NCBI GenBank assembly: GCA_963665845.2
Contig: OY762492.1
Coordinates: 1,088,001-1,152,000 of the forward strand
From: Candidatus Poribacteria bacterium
GTDB lineage: Bacteria > Poribacteria > WGA-4E > GCA-2687025
Length of the DNA stretch: 64,000 nucleotides
Reading direction: 5' to 3'
Under the pieces are notes generated by a model. It saw only the letters and a list, made by a program, of their open reading frames with translations, ran no database searches and was not told the DNA's origin. Below, piece after piece: positions 28,450 through 38,094 of the stretch (position 1 is the stretch's first letter; each line of letters begins with the position of its first letter). Made by a program: the position numbers and the translations under genes.

Positions 28450-28626
28450 CGATGCGCCGCGCATCGGCTTGCTGCGGCGCCGCAACCATAAGGCTTGCGG
28501 AAAGGAGGGCGTTTATGCATACCGAAATAGGAGGAGCCGAAAGCTAAGGCTGACGGACCTCCCGGGCAGCGCAGGGGGTTTAAACGACCCTCTGCGCCCC
28601 GTTCCTCCCACCCCATAAGGCGCCGC
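28450..28626 (+). ncRNA. Candidate structured small RNA containing a 10-codon ORF
   Basis: Upstream TTGCCC-17bp-CATAAT (28415-28443); closing stem GCGGCGCC/GGCGCCGC with several internal hairpins. No known family recognised. Confidence 0.35.
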
Positions 28627-28635
28627 GAACCAGGA

Positions 28636-28713
28636 CGTCATTCCCGCGTAAGCGGGAATCTTAAGGCATTGCAGCCGTCGCGCCGCGAATATCCCCGTAT
28701 GGGCGCACTGCCT
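28636..28713. repeat. CGTC REP hairpin plus AATATCCCCGTATG module
   Basis: CGTCATTCCCGCGTAAGCGGGAATC at 28636-28660. Confidence 0.85.
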
Positions 28714-28719
28714 TTATCG

Positions 28720-29346
28720 TTATGGAACAGGTATGGACAACGGCTTGCCGTCTCTCGGTCCGCCGCCGCCTTTGAACCGCCCCTCGTCCGCCCCGATATT
28801 CAGAACGCCGTCCTTGTACTCGATGGCGCCTTCATACCGGTCGCCCAGCGGAATCGCGTCCAGCAGGGTCAGCAGCGTCCGCTCTCTCTTGTTGAAAAAC
28901 GTCTGATCTGTATCGATCCGAAACAGCAAGACATCTCCAAAAGAGCCTGATCCGCCGAAGCTCAAAATCGAAACGATCATCTGAACGCCGGACGGAGAGG
29001 CGCCGATATACCGGTACATCGCATATTCGCCGGGCGCGCCGTTCCACTGAACCCATGTATTTCCCATCAGCTCCGTTATCTCATGTCCGCCCATATGGCT
29101 GTATTCGCGGTTAGCGGCGCCAATATCGACCGTCACGATCATCTCCTCGCCGCTGGACAGATCGCCCATCATATTCAAGACGATGCGCGGATGGATATAC
29201 TCTTCCTGATGAAAGGCGTAACGGGGCGCCGCGTCTGTCTTGGGCGTTTCCGTCTCCGTCTCTGTAGAATTGTCCAGCCGCAGCGCAATAAAACAGATCA
29301 GCGCGCCGACCGCCGCGCCCGCTAAAAACAGCCCAACCGTTCTCAT
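28720..29346 (-). CDS. Membrane-anchored hypothetical protein (paralog 1)
   Basis: N-terminal hydrophobic helix; shares YAFHQEEYIHP, IGASPSG, LGDRY and GPRD..PLSIP with its neighbour. Confidence 0.75.
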   Translation of the reverse strand: MRTVGLFLAGAAVGALICFIALRLDNSTETETETPKTDAAPRYAFHQEEYIHPRIVLNMMGDLSSGEEMIVTVDIGAANREYSHMGGHEITELMGNTWVQWNGAPGEYAMYRYIGASPSGVQMIVSILSFGGSGSFGDVLLFRIDTDQTFFNKRERTLLTLLDAIPLGDRYEGAIEYKDGVLNIGADEGRFKGGGGPRDGKPLSIPVP

Positions 29347-29364
29347 GCAGCGATCCTCCCTGTT

Positions 29365-30033
29365 CTAGGGTATCGGAATCGACAGCGGCGAATCGTCCCG
29401 AGGACCGCCAGGTCCAAAGCGGCTCTCATTGGCGGGGATATGGAGAACGCCGTTTTCATAAACGATCCGCCCTTTATACCGATCTCCAAGCCATATCTTT
29501 CCCAAGATCTTCAACGCCGTCCGCTCTTTGTTGTCGGGAAAGGAGCGGTCGGTTTCTATTTTGAAAAAAGCGACGGTTCCGAAAACGCCCGTCCCGCCGC
29601 CGCTCTCGTAAAACTCCACAATCTGCGCGCCCGACGGCGACGCCCCGATATGAGCGTACATGAGAAACGCCCCGTGCTTTCCTTCCCACTCTACCCATGT
29701 CCGCCCGTCCCGCTTCTTGATGTCAAACTCCAACAGCTCCTTCGGCGTGTCCAGCGGACCGCCGAGGCGGTAAAGGTTGTCGAACAGATCGAACAGATAG
29801 GGGGATGAAAGGTTGAGGCTGCAGACCGTCTCCGTTTTGGGATCGCTCCCAACCATCGCGCCGACAACCAGCGGATGAATATACTCTTCCTGATGAAAGG
29901 CGTAACGAGTCGCGGCGTTTGTCTTGGGCGTTTCGGGCGCCGTCTCTGTAGAGTCGTCCAACAGCAGCGGGGCGACAAGGCATGCCAACGCGCCGACCGC
30001 CGCGCCCGCTAAAAGCAGTCCAATCGTTCTCAT
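29365..30033 (-). CDS. Membrane-anchored hypothetical protein (paralog 2)
   Basis: Same motifs as 28720-29346; GGAGA RBS. Confidence 0.75.
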   Translation of the reverse strand: MRTIGLLLAGAAVGALACLVAPLLLDDSTETAPETPKTNAATRYAFHQEEYIHPLVVGAMVGSDPKTETVCSLNLSSPYLFDLFDNLYRLGGPLDTPKELLEFDIKKRDGRTWVEWEGKHGAFLMYAHIGASPSGAQIVEFYESGGGTGVFGTVAFFKIETDRSFPDNKERTALKILGKIWLGDRYKGRIVYENGVLHIPANESRFGPGGPRDDSPLSIPIP

Positions 30034-30115
30034 ACGACCGTTCTCCCCGTCGTCTGCCGAGATGTTTGTCCCTGTTTTCTGACCTTACGTCTTTAGTTGA
30101 TACATTCCGCCTGGT

Positions 30116-30169
30116 GAACGCAGACGGTTTCCGCGGCGCCTCTAGATTCCCGCTTACGCGGGAATGACG
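30116..30169. repeat. CGTC REP hairpin with tail, reverse orientation
   Basis: GATTCCCGCTTACGCGGGAATGACG at 30145-30169. Confidence 0.85.
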
Positions 30170-30186
30170 GTCAGTTTGTCCCTGTC

Positions 30187-32547
30187 TCAACCCAATAATT
30201 GCTGAAGGAGTCCCCCGACCCCTGCGAATTTGGCGATGAACCCGGCAAACACAATCGAGACCATCGCCATCAGCTTGATGAGAATGTTGAGCGACGGGCC
30301 GGAGGTGTCCTTGAACGGATCGCCGACCGTGTCGCCGACGACAGCCGCCTTGTGCGCTTCCGAGCCTTTGCCGCCGTGATGCCCCTCTTCAATGTACTTT
30401 TTGGCGTTGTCCCAGGCGCCGCCGGCGTTCGCCATCATGACCGCGAGGACAAAGCCGGTCGCAAGCCCGCCGGCGAGCAGACCGAGTATGCCCGGCACGC
30501 TCAACAGCAAGCCGATGACGATGGGCGCCGCAATGGCAAGCAGCGCCGGGGCGACCATTTCCCGCTGCGCGCCCGCCGTTGAAATCTCGACGCACCGCGC
30601 ATAATCCGGCTTCGATGTCCCTTCCATGATGCCGGGGTCGGCGTCAAACTGGCGGCGCACCTCGGCGACCATCGCGCCCGCCGCTCTGCCGACCGCCTTC
30701 ATCGTCAAGGCGCAGAAGAAAAACGCCATCGCCGAGCCGATAAACAGCCCTATCAGCACGTTCGGGTTCATGAGCGTGATGTCGTAATACTCCATGAAAT
30801 CGGCGATGGTCGCATCCTTAATCGTCGCCAACACCTGACCGTTAACTTTCAGCTCCTGAACGCCCGCAAAATGCTCCAGCGCATACCGCAACTCTTCGAT
30901 ATAAGCGGCAAGCAGCGCCAACGCCGTCAGCGCGGCGGAGCCGATCGCAAAGCCTTTGCCGGTCGCGGCGGTTGTGTTGCCGAGGGCGTCCAGCTGGTCG
31001 GTGCGCTGACGCACGGAGGCGTCCAGCCCGGACATCTCGGCGTTGCCGCCGGCGTTGTCGGCGATGGGTCCGTAAGCGTCCGTCGCGAGCGTCAAGCCGA
31101 GCGTTGACAACATGCCGACGGCTGAAATGCCGATGCCGTAGAGTCCTAGTACCGGGTTCTCCCCGCCGCCGGGCAGATAGTAGCTCAACAGAATCGCCGC
31201 GGCGATGGTAACCATCGGTATACCGGTCGACTGCATGCCGACCGCGATGCCGTCGATGATCGCTGTCGCGGAGCCTGTCAACGCTTGATTCGCCAGCCCC
31301 TTCGTCGGACGGTACTCTTGCGAGGTGTAATATTCGGTCGATTTGCCGATGACGACGCCGGCAATCAACCCTGTAACGATGGCGCCCCAGATCTGCCACT
31401 TAAACGGCATATCGAGCATATAGAGCGCGCCGAGCGCCAGAACCGCGATGGCGACGGAGCTGAAGTTGACGCTGCGCGACAGGGCGCTGAGCAGGTTGCG
31501 CATCGTCGCTTCCTCGCGCGTCCGCACCAGATAGACGCCGATGATGGAGAGAAAGATGCCGATGCCGGCAAGGATCATCGGCGCGGACAGAAACTTGAGC
31601 TGCATCGTCATGAGCGACCCGTTGACCGCGTTCAGAAAGTCAGGGTCGATTTTGCTTTGAAGTACCGCCGCTGAAACGCCCAGCGCCGCGGTCGCTAAAA
31701 TGGAGCCGGCGTACGATTCATACAGGTCGGCGCCCATGCCGGCGACATCGCCCACATTGTCGCCCACATTGTCGGCGACGACAGCGGCGTTGCGCGGGTC
31801 GTCTTCAGGTATGCCCGCTTCGACCTTGCCGACGATGTCCGCGCCGACATCGGCCGCCTTTGTATAAATCCCGCCGCCGACGCGCGCGAAGAGCGCCTGC
31901 GTCGAAGCGCCCATGCCGAAGCTCAACATAACGACCGTGATCTGCTGAAGCGGGTTCGCGTCAAAGAAATCGGGCAGTATGGCGGGAAAGCCGTAGTATA
32001 GTATGAGAAACCAGCCGGCGATGTCCAGCAGGGCGAAGCCGACCACCACAAAGCCCATCACTGCGCCCGCCCGGAAGGCAACCTGCAGCCCAGAGTTGAG
32101 GCTCTGGCGCGCCGCGTTCGCCGTCCGCGCGGAGGCTTGCGTCGCCGTTTTCATACCGAAAAAGCCGCATAACCCAGAGAAAAAGCCGCCTGTCAAGAAC
32201 GCGAACGGGACCACCTCATTCTGCGCTTTCAAGCCGAACGCCATCACCAAAAAGAGCGCGAACAGCAGCGCAAAAATGACCGTCACCACCCGGTATTGAC
32301 GTTTTAAATACGCCATCGCGCCTTGGCGCACCGCCTCGGCGATCTCGATCATCGCGGGCGTTCCTTCCTCCCGCGACACGACCGAGCGGTAAAACAGATA
32401 CGCTGTCAACAGCGCCGCAAGCGAACCCGCCGGCGCAATCCACCATATCAGCGGGAGGCTCGGCAGCGCCGACGAAGCCTCCGCCGTTTGCGCCAACGCC
32501 GCCGGCGCGGCAAGCGCCCATAAACTGAAAATGACCGCTCTCATCAT
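30187..32547 (-). CDS. hppA: Membrane-integral pyrophosphatase, K+-dependent type (probably Na+-translocating)
   Basis: GGGIYTKAADVGAD, DNVGDNVGD, GNTTAATGKGFAIG (Ala rather than Lys marks K+ dependence), GDTVGDPFKDTSGP. Confidence 0.95.
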   Translation of the reverse strand: MMRAVIFSLWALAAPAALAQTAEASSALPSLPLIWWIAPAGSLAALLTAYLFYRSVVSREEGTPAMIEIAEAVRQGAMAYLKRQYRVVTVIFALLFALFLVMAFGLKAQNEVVPFAFLTGGFFSGLCGFFGMKTATQASARTANAARQSLNSGLQVAFRAGAVMGFVVVGFALLDIAGWFLILYYGFPAILPDFFDANPLQQITVVMLSFGMGASTQALFARVGGGIYTKAADVGADIVGKVEAGIPEDDPRNAAVVADNVGDNVGDVAGMGADLYESYAGSILATAALGVSAAVLQSKIDPDFLNAVNGSLMTMQLKFLSAPMILAGIGIFLSIIGVYLVRTREEATMRNLLSALSRSVNFSSVAIAVLALGALYMLDMPFKWQIWGAIVTGLIAGVVIGKSTEYYTSQEYRPTKGLANQALTGSATAIIDGIAVGMQSTGIPMVTIAAAILLSYYLPGGGENPVLGLYGIGISAVGMLSTLGLTLATDAYGPIADNAGGNAEMSGLDASVRQRTDQLDALGNTTAATGKGFAIGSAALTALALLAAYIEELRYALEHFAGVQELKVNGQVLATIKDATIADFMEYYDITLMNPNVLIGLFIGSAMAFFFCALTMKAVGRAAGAMVAEVRRQFDADPGIMEGTSKPDYARCVEISTAGAQREMVAPALLAIAAPIVIGLLLSVPGILGLLAGGLATGFVLAVMMANAGGAWDNAKKYIEEGHHGGKGSEAHKAAVVGDTVGDPFKDTSGPSLNILIKLMAMVSIVFAGFIAKFAGVGGLLQQLLG

Positions 32548-33890
32548 GATTGTCCCTCTTCACAAAATGTTTGATACAAACTCGGCGCCAGCGTTCGCAA
32601 CGCCTCGCCGACAAGATACACGGAACCAGTTATGCATACGACATCGCCCTGCGCATGCGCAAACGCCTGCTCTAAACAGGCGCGCGTTGAAACGGACGCA
32701 TGCAGCCCGCGCCACGCCTCCGCCAGCGTCGACGGAGACGCCGCCCGCCCGACGCCCGACGCGCGCGTTAACTCAACATGCGAAACGGCGGGCGACAACG
32801 CGCGCGCAAACGCCGCCGCGTCCTTGTCCGCCGACATTCCAACAATCAACCCGACGCGCCGATCCGAATACAGCTCCCGAAGAAGACTGCTCAATGCGAG
32901 CGCCGATTCGGGCGTGTGCGCCGCGTCTAAAATGAGCGTCCGCCCATCCGACGCCTGCGCAGTCTGAAAGCGTCCGTAAAGCCGCGTCTCCTCAAGCCCT
33001 CGGCGCATCGCCTCAAGCGGAATATGCCAGCCCTCCCGCCGGAGAGTCAACGCCGCCGCGACAGCCGCCGCCGCGTTTTCAACCTGATGCGCCCCCAGCA
33101 TGCGCAGCCGCAGACCTTCAAGAGAGCCGCCGCGCCATTTGAGGCAACATGCCTCCCTGCCGTTCTGGACGCCCTCCCGCTCCATCCGAATCTCTTCAAA
33201 CGCGGAGATGAACGGGGCGCCTTGACGTTCCGCCTCTTCGCGCAGGACGCTCTCGGCGCGCGCGTTTTGACGGGACGAGACGACGGGGCGGCGCGGCTTG
33301 ACAATGCCCGCCTTTTCGCGCGCGATCTGCTCTAAGGTTTCCCCCAGCTCGCGCGTATGGTCAAGACCGATTGGGGCGATGACGCTCAAGACAGGGTCGC
33401 AGATGTTCGTCGCGTCCAGACGCCCGCCCATGCCGGTTTCAACGACGGCGGCGTCCGCTCCGTTCTCCCGCGCGAACAGAAAAAAGAGCGCCGTATACGC
33501 CTCAAAAAAGGTGATGACGCCCAGCTCCGAATTGCGCATCGCTTCCACGGCGGGGCGAACCTGCGCCGTTAAATCGGCAAACTGCTTTTTAGAGATCCAT
33601 CTGCCGTTTTGCTGAAAACGCTCTCTGGGAGAGACAAGGTGCGGCTGCGTGTAAAGCGATACATTCAGCCCGGCGGCGCGCAGGATATTCGCGGCGAAGG
33701 CGCAGATGGAGCCTTTGCCCTTCGTCCCGGCGACATGGACGATCCGCAGATCTGTATGCGGGTTTCCAAGCCGCGCCATCAACGCTTCCATTCGGCGCAG
33801 GTTGAAGCAGCGCGGAAGGCGCGCGTTCAGGGGCTGCGTTTCATAGTTCAGGAGCGCGTCCAAAAATTGGCGCGCGTCGTCGTAGGTCAA
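32544..33890 (-). CDS. folC: Folylpolyglutamate synthase/dihydrofolate synthase
   Basis: HVAGTKGKGS, VETGMGGRLDATN, IAREKAGI, LDAAHT, CITGSVY. Confidence 0.93.
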   Translation of the reverse strand: MTYDDARQFLDALLNYETQPLNARLPRCFNLRRMEALMARLGNPHTDLRIVHVAGTKGKGSICAFAANILRAAGLNVSLYTQPHLVSPRERFQQNGRWISKKQFADLTAQVRPAVEAMRNSELGVITFFEAYTALFFLFARENGADAAVVETGMGGRLDATNICDPVLSVIAPIGLDHTRELGETLEQIAREKAGIVKPRRPVVSSRQNARAESVLREEAERQGAPFISAFEEIRMEREGVQNGREACCLKWRGGSLEGLRLRMLGAHQVENAAAAVAAALTLRREGWHIPLEAMRRGLEETRLYGRFQTAQASDGRTLILDAAHTPESALALSSLLRELYSDRRVGLIVGMSADKDAAAFARALSPAVSHVELTRASGVGRAASPSTLAEAWRGLHASVSTRACLEQAFAHAQGDVVCITGSVYLVGEALRTLAPSLYQTFCEEGQS

Positions 33891-34006
33891 TCGGCTCTCC
33901 GCCTTCGGGGTTGCGTCGCGTGTTTTCTTTTAAGTGTATGCGGTAGCGAGCGTTTTGTCGCCAAAATTTCTGCGGCGGGAATCCAGAGGCGCTGGGTGTA
34001 CCGGAG

Positions 34007-34031
34007 CGTCATTCCCGCGTAAGCGGGAATC
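34007..34031. repeat. CGTC REP hairpin
   Basis: CGTCATTCCCGCGTAAGCGGGAATC. Confidence 0.85.
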
Positions 34032-34120
34032 CAGAGTTTTCCCAGACAGCCTTCGTATTCCAAAACGGCGCTCTAAAATCGAAATCATCGCCTATAAAGA
34101 CTGTCGTCAAACAGCTCGTC

Positions 34121-34149
34121 TTGACTCTAGACCAAACCGCCGTTAAGAT
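34121..34149 (+). promoter_or_regulatory. Putative sigma70 promoter of secDF
   Basis: TTGACT-17bp-TAAGAT. Confidence 0.55.
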
Positions 34150-34197
34150 TGTTTCTTGTTGCGCGTATTCACATAAGACAGATAGGGGCGATTTCCG

Positions 34198-36186
34198 ATG
34201 CAGCGAATCGGCGCATGGAGAATAGCGGTCATTTTTTTCACATTCACGCTTGCCGTGATGTGTATCCTCCCCAGCTTCTCCTCCTACTACGGAACGATGT
34301 TCGGGTACCTTGACGCGCCGCTGCAGAAAAAAGGCGGCGTCAGCAAACCGCTTCCGGTCGACGAAGGCATCGAATTCACGCTCGAAGCCAGCCCCGGCAA
34401 GACGCTCCGAAACCAGTACCGCGACTTTGCCAACGCGGTGCGAACGCGGGCGGCCGCCATCGGGCTTGAAGACGCCGCCGTCAACGGCGCCAAAGCGCCC
34501 ATCGAAGACGCCGCGCGCGTCCAGAACAAAGCGCTCTTCACCTACTCCGATCCGCAAGATCGAACGCCTGAACAGATCATTGAGCAGATGCAGCTGTTCG
34601 GCAAGTTGCCGGCGTCGCTCCGCTGGCTCTTCCCGACAACGCGGCTCAACCTAGGGCTAGACCTGAAAGGCGGCGTCTACCTTGTACTAGAGCTGGACCT
34701 GAAAGCCGCGCAGCAAGACACGCTGAACAATCTTCAAACCAACGTGCGCAGCGACCTGCGCGACAGGTATTTTGTCAACTGCAAGGAAGTGCGGCGCGAC
34801 GAAGACGCGCTCATTGTCGTCATTCAGCCGAACAAGAACTGGGGCGCCGACGCCGATTCCAAAAAACAGGATGTGGAACAGTATTTGAACGAGATCGAAA
34901 CCGTTCACTCGGAGCCGCTCAACGGCGGAATGCCGAACGCGGAAGGGCTTGTCGAATACAGGCTCTCCATCGACGAGGAGCGGTTCAAGGAGCAGGAAGA
35001 TCAAGCGCTGGCGCAGATGCTGGAGGTGCTGCGGAACCGAGTCGACGCCTTCGGAGTGTCGGAGCCGGAGATACGCCGCCAGCCGAACCGCCCCCGCATC
35101 ATCGTTCAACTGCCCGGCGCGAGCGATTCGTCAACGGCGGTGAATGTGGTGCGGACGATGGGCATCCTGCAGTTCCGCATGGTGAAGCAGCGGGACGACC
35201 GCCCATGGACAGGCGTCGCCTCGCCGCCGGAACCGTCCGAGATACCGGACGACGCGGAGCTGCTATACGACGAAGAGGGCGCTTGGTATGTGGTGGATAA
35301 ACGAACGGAGGTGTCCGGAAGCGAACTGGTGCGCGCCGGGACCTCGATGAACCAGATCGCCGAGATTATTGTGACGTTGAAATTCAACAGCAGCGGGCGG
35401 CGCGCCTTCGCTGAAACGACGACGAGCCATACGAACGAGCGCCTTGGGATCATACTGGACGGATCGGTCGTCTCGGCGCCGAACATCAACGAGCCGATAC
35501 GCGGCGGCGAAGCGACCATCAGCGGCAACTTCACCCAAGAAGAGGCGAACGACCTAGCGCGCATTCTCCGGGCGGGCGCGTTTCCGGTCGGCGTGGTCAT
35601 CGCGGAGGAGCGCACCGTCGGACCGAGCCTAGGGCAAGAGGCGATCTTGAAAGGCGCGCGCGCCGGCGCTCTCGGCATGGCGCTGGTTCTCGTCTTTGTC
35701 ATTCTTTTCTATAATCTGTGCGGCTTCTTCTCCTGGATCGCTCTGGCGCTGAACGGGCTGCTGATACTTGCCGCGTTGGCGCTGCTGAACGCGACGCTCA
35801 CCCTCCCAGGCCTCGCCGGGCTGGTGCTGACCATCGGCATGGCGGTTGACGCGAACGTTCTCATCAACGAGCGCATCAAGGAGGAGATCAAGGCGGGCAA
35901 GACGATCATGTCGGCGATCAACGCCGGCTACTCGCGCGTGTTCTGGACGATCTTTGACGCGAACGTGACAACCTTTTTGACCGCTCTTGTGCTGTATATG
36001 TTCGGCTCCGGCGCGGTGAAAGGGTTCGGCGTCACGCTCATGATCGGCATTGTCTGCACCATGTTCACCGCGCTGTTTGTCACCCGCGCGTTCTACCGTA
36101 TTTATGAGACGCGGCAGCGGGCGTCGCTTCCGATTTTCCCGCTGTTCACCGCGCGCAAACCTGCTGAAAGGGAAGCCGTTGGATAA
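34198..36186 (+). CDS. secD: Protein translocase subunit SecD
   Basis: NLGLDLKGG, RNRVDAFGVSEP, TVGPSLG, IGMAVDANVLINERIKEE, DANVTT. Confidence 0.95.
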   Translation: MQRIGAWRIAVIFFTFTLAVMCILPSFSSYYGTMFGYLDAPLQKKGGVSKPLPVDEGIEFTLEASPGKTLRNQYRDFANAVRTRAAAIGLEDAAVNGAKAPIEDAARVQNKALFTYSDPQDRTPEQIIEQMQLFGKLPASLRWLFPTTRLNLGLDLKGGVYLVLELDLKAAQQDTLNNLQTNVRSDLRDRYFVNCKEVRRDEDALIVVIQPNKNWGADADSKKQDVEQYLNEIETVHSEPLNGGMPNAEGLVEYRLSIDEERFKEQEDQALAQMLEVLRNRVDAFGVSEPEIRRQPNRPRIIVQLPGASDSSTAVNVVRTMGILQFRMVKQRDDRPWTGVASPPEPSEIPDDAELLYDEEGAWYVVDKRTEVSGSELVRAGTSMNQIAEIIVTLKFNSSGRRAFAETTTSHTNERLGIILDGSVVSAPNINEPIRGGEATISGNFTQEEANDLARILRAGAFPVGVVIAEERTVGPSLGQEAILKGARAGALGMALVLVFVILFYNLCGFFSWIALALNGLLILAALALLNATLTLPGLAGLVLTIGMAVDANVLINERIKEEIKAGKTIMSAINAGYSRVFWTIFDANVTTFLTALVLYMFGSGAVKGFGVTLMIGIVCTMFTALFVTRAFYRIYETRQRASLPIFPLFTARKPAEREAVG

Positions 36187-37066
36187 TACGATCAACTTTT
36201 TAGGGGCGCGCCGCATCTGCTTTTCCGTCTCTGTAGCGCTCCTCGCCGTCGGGCTGGCGACGCTGCTTGCCAAGGGCGGACCGAGCCTCGGCATCGACTT
36301 TCGGGGCGGGGTGCATATCGTCGCGGCGCTGATAGACCCCGCCGACCCCGACCAGGTCGCGGACGCCATCGAAGCGGCCGGCATCAGCCGTCCAAAAGTG
36401 GTCGCCGCCGCCGACAATGTTCTCCTGATCGACGCCGCCGCCGATAAACCGGGCGTTGGTCAAGAGATTATCGAGGCGGTCGGCGCCGCCTTTCCGATTC
36501 AACCGGGCGGCTTCGAAATCAACGAAGTCGGAGCCAATGTCGGACAAGACCTGCAGATCGCCGGCATTCTCATGATTGTCGTATCGCTCGGTCTGCTGCT
36601 CATCTACATCTCGCTGCGGTTTGAGTGGCGGTTCGCCGTCGCCGCCATCGCCGCCATCGTCCATGACGTCCTGATTGTGCTGTGCGTCTTTACGGCGCTG
36701 AATTTAGAGATCAACCTGCCGACGCTTGCGGCGTTCTTGACGGTGGTCGGCTACTCCATCAACGACACGATCGTCGTCTTCGACAGGATACGCGAAAACA
36801 GGCGGCTCATGCGCGGCGTCCGCTACCTTGACCTCATCAACGCAAGCGTGACGCAGACCTTGTCGCGGACGCTGCTGACCTCACTGACAACCTTTTTTGT
36901 GGTGGCGCTCATTTTTTGGCAGTCGGTGGCGGGGGAGCTGCGGACGTTTTCGCTGGCGCTGGTGTTCGGGATCGTCGTCGGAACCTACTCGTCGATCTAT
37001 ATCGCCAGCCCGATTGTGTTGGCGCTTCGTCCGAAGGCGCGGTATGCCGCGGCGAAACCGTCTTAA
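36179..37066 (+). CDS. secF: Protein translocase subunit SecF
   Basis: LGIDFRGG, HDV, VGYSINDTIVVFDRIREN, GTYSSIYIASP. Probable TTG start overlapping the secD stop. Confidence 0.93.
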   Translation: MDNTINFLGARRICFSVSVALLAVGLATLLAKGGPSLGIDFRGGVHIVAALIDPADPDQVADAIEAAGISRPKVVAAADNVLLIDAAADKPGVGQEIIEAVGAAFPIQPGGFEINEVGANVGQDLQIAGILMIVVSLGLLLIYISLRFEWRFAVAAIAAIVHDVLIVLCVFTALNLEINLPTLAAFLTVVGYSINDTIVVFDRIRENRRLMRGVRYLDLINASVTQTLSRTLLTSLTTFFVVALIFWQSVAGELRTFSLALVFGIVVGTYSSIYIASPIVLALRPKARYAAAKPS

Positions 37067-37185
37067 GCAGTTAAGGCGCCGTATCGAGCGTTGACCTGCA
37101 TGGCTGTAGATTCTTGTCTAGCGCCAAGCGCGGCACGGCGGTCTGACAAGCGAAGCGTTTTCTAATTTTAAAAGAGGAACGGAAC

Positions 37186-38094
37186 ATGGCGGAAGAGAAA
37201 CCGAAGGTCGGATTTATCGGGCTGGGAATCATGGGCGCGCCCATGTCGATGAACCTGCTGAACGCGGGATTTGAGCTGGTCGTATGGAACCGCACCGCCT
37301 CCAAAATGGAGCCGCTTCTTGAGGCGGGGGCTGAAGCGGCGGAGTCTCCCGCCGACGCGGCGGCGCGCAGCGGGGTTGTCGTCTCCATCGTCGGCGACTC
37401 GCCGGACGTTGAACAGGTGGCGCTGGGCGGCAACGGCGTCATCGACGGCATCAAGGCGGGCGGCGTCTATGTGGATATGTCGACCATCTCGCCCGCTGTG
37501 ACGCGCCAGGTGGCCGAGCGCCTGTCGGAGAAGGGCGCGCTCATGCTGGACGCGCCTGTCAGCGGCGGAGACATCGGCGCGCAGGCGGGGACGCTCTCCA
37601 TCATGGTCGGCGGACCCTCCGAGGCGTTTGAAAAATGCCTCCCGCTTTTTGAAGCGATGGGCAAGAACATCGTCCACGCCGGCGAAGAGAACGGACTTGG
37701 TCAATATGTGAAGCTGTGCAACCAGACCGCATGCGTTCTGAACCTGCTTGCGATGTGCGAGTCGATAGCGCTCGGAGCGAAGGCGGGGCTTGACCTTGAA
37801 AAAATGCTTGCGGCGATCACAAAAGGCGCCGCCGGATCATGGATGCTGACGAATGCCGCGCCGAAGGTTCTGGACGGCGATTGGGAGCCGGGCTTTATGA
37901 TCGATCTTCAGCAGAAAGACCTGCGCCTTGTTTTAGAAGCGGCGGCGGAGATGAACCTGCCGCTGCCGGGTACGGCGCTGGTGAACCAGCTGTTTCGGTC
38001 GATTCAAGCGGCGGGAATGGGCAAAAAAGGAACGCAGGCGCTGATACACGCGCTGGAACGGCTCGGACACTTTACGGCGGCGCAGGAAAAATGA
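37186..38094 (+). CDS. Beta-hydroxyacid dehydrogenase (2-hydroxy-3-oxopropionate reductase/HIBADH family)
   Basis: [32 protein letters not shown]. Confidence 0.9.
   Translation: MAEEKPKVGFIGLGIMGAPMSMNLLNAGFELVVWNRTASKMEPLLEAGAEAAESPADAAARSGVVVSIVGDSPDVEQVALGGNGVIDGIKAGGVYVDMSTISPAVTRQVAERLSEKGALMLDAPVSGGDIGAQAGTLSIMVGGPSEAFEKCLPLFEAMGKNIVHAGEENGLGQYVKLCNQTACVLNLLAMCESIALGAKAGLDLEKMLAAITKGAAGSWMLTNAAPKVLDGDWEPGFMIDLQQKDLRLVLEAAAEMNLPLPGTALVNQLFRSIQAAGMGKKGTQALIHALERLGHFTAAQEK

Noticed and set aside
28500-28565. Moco or c-di-GMP riboswitch, or hammerhead, suggested by GGAAAGGAG, CTAAGG, CCTCCCG and CTGACGG
   Set aside because: Elements are in the wrong order or cores are incomplete; kept only as an unclassified RNA candidate
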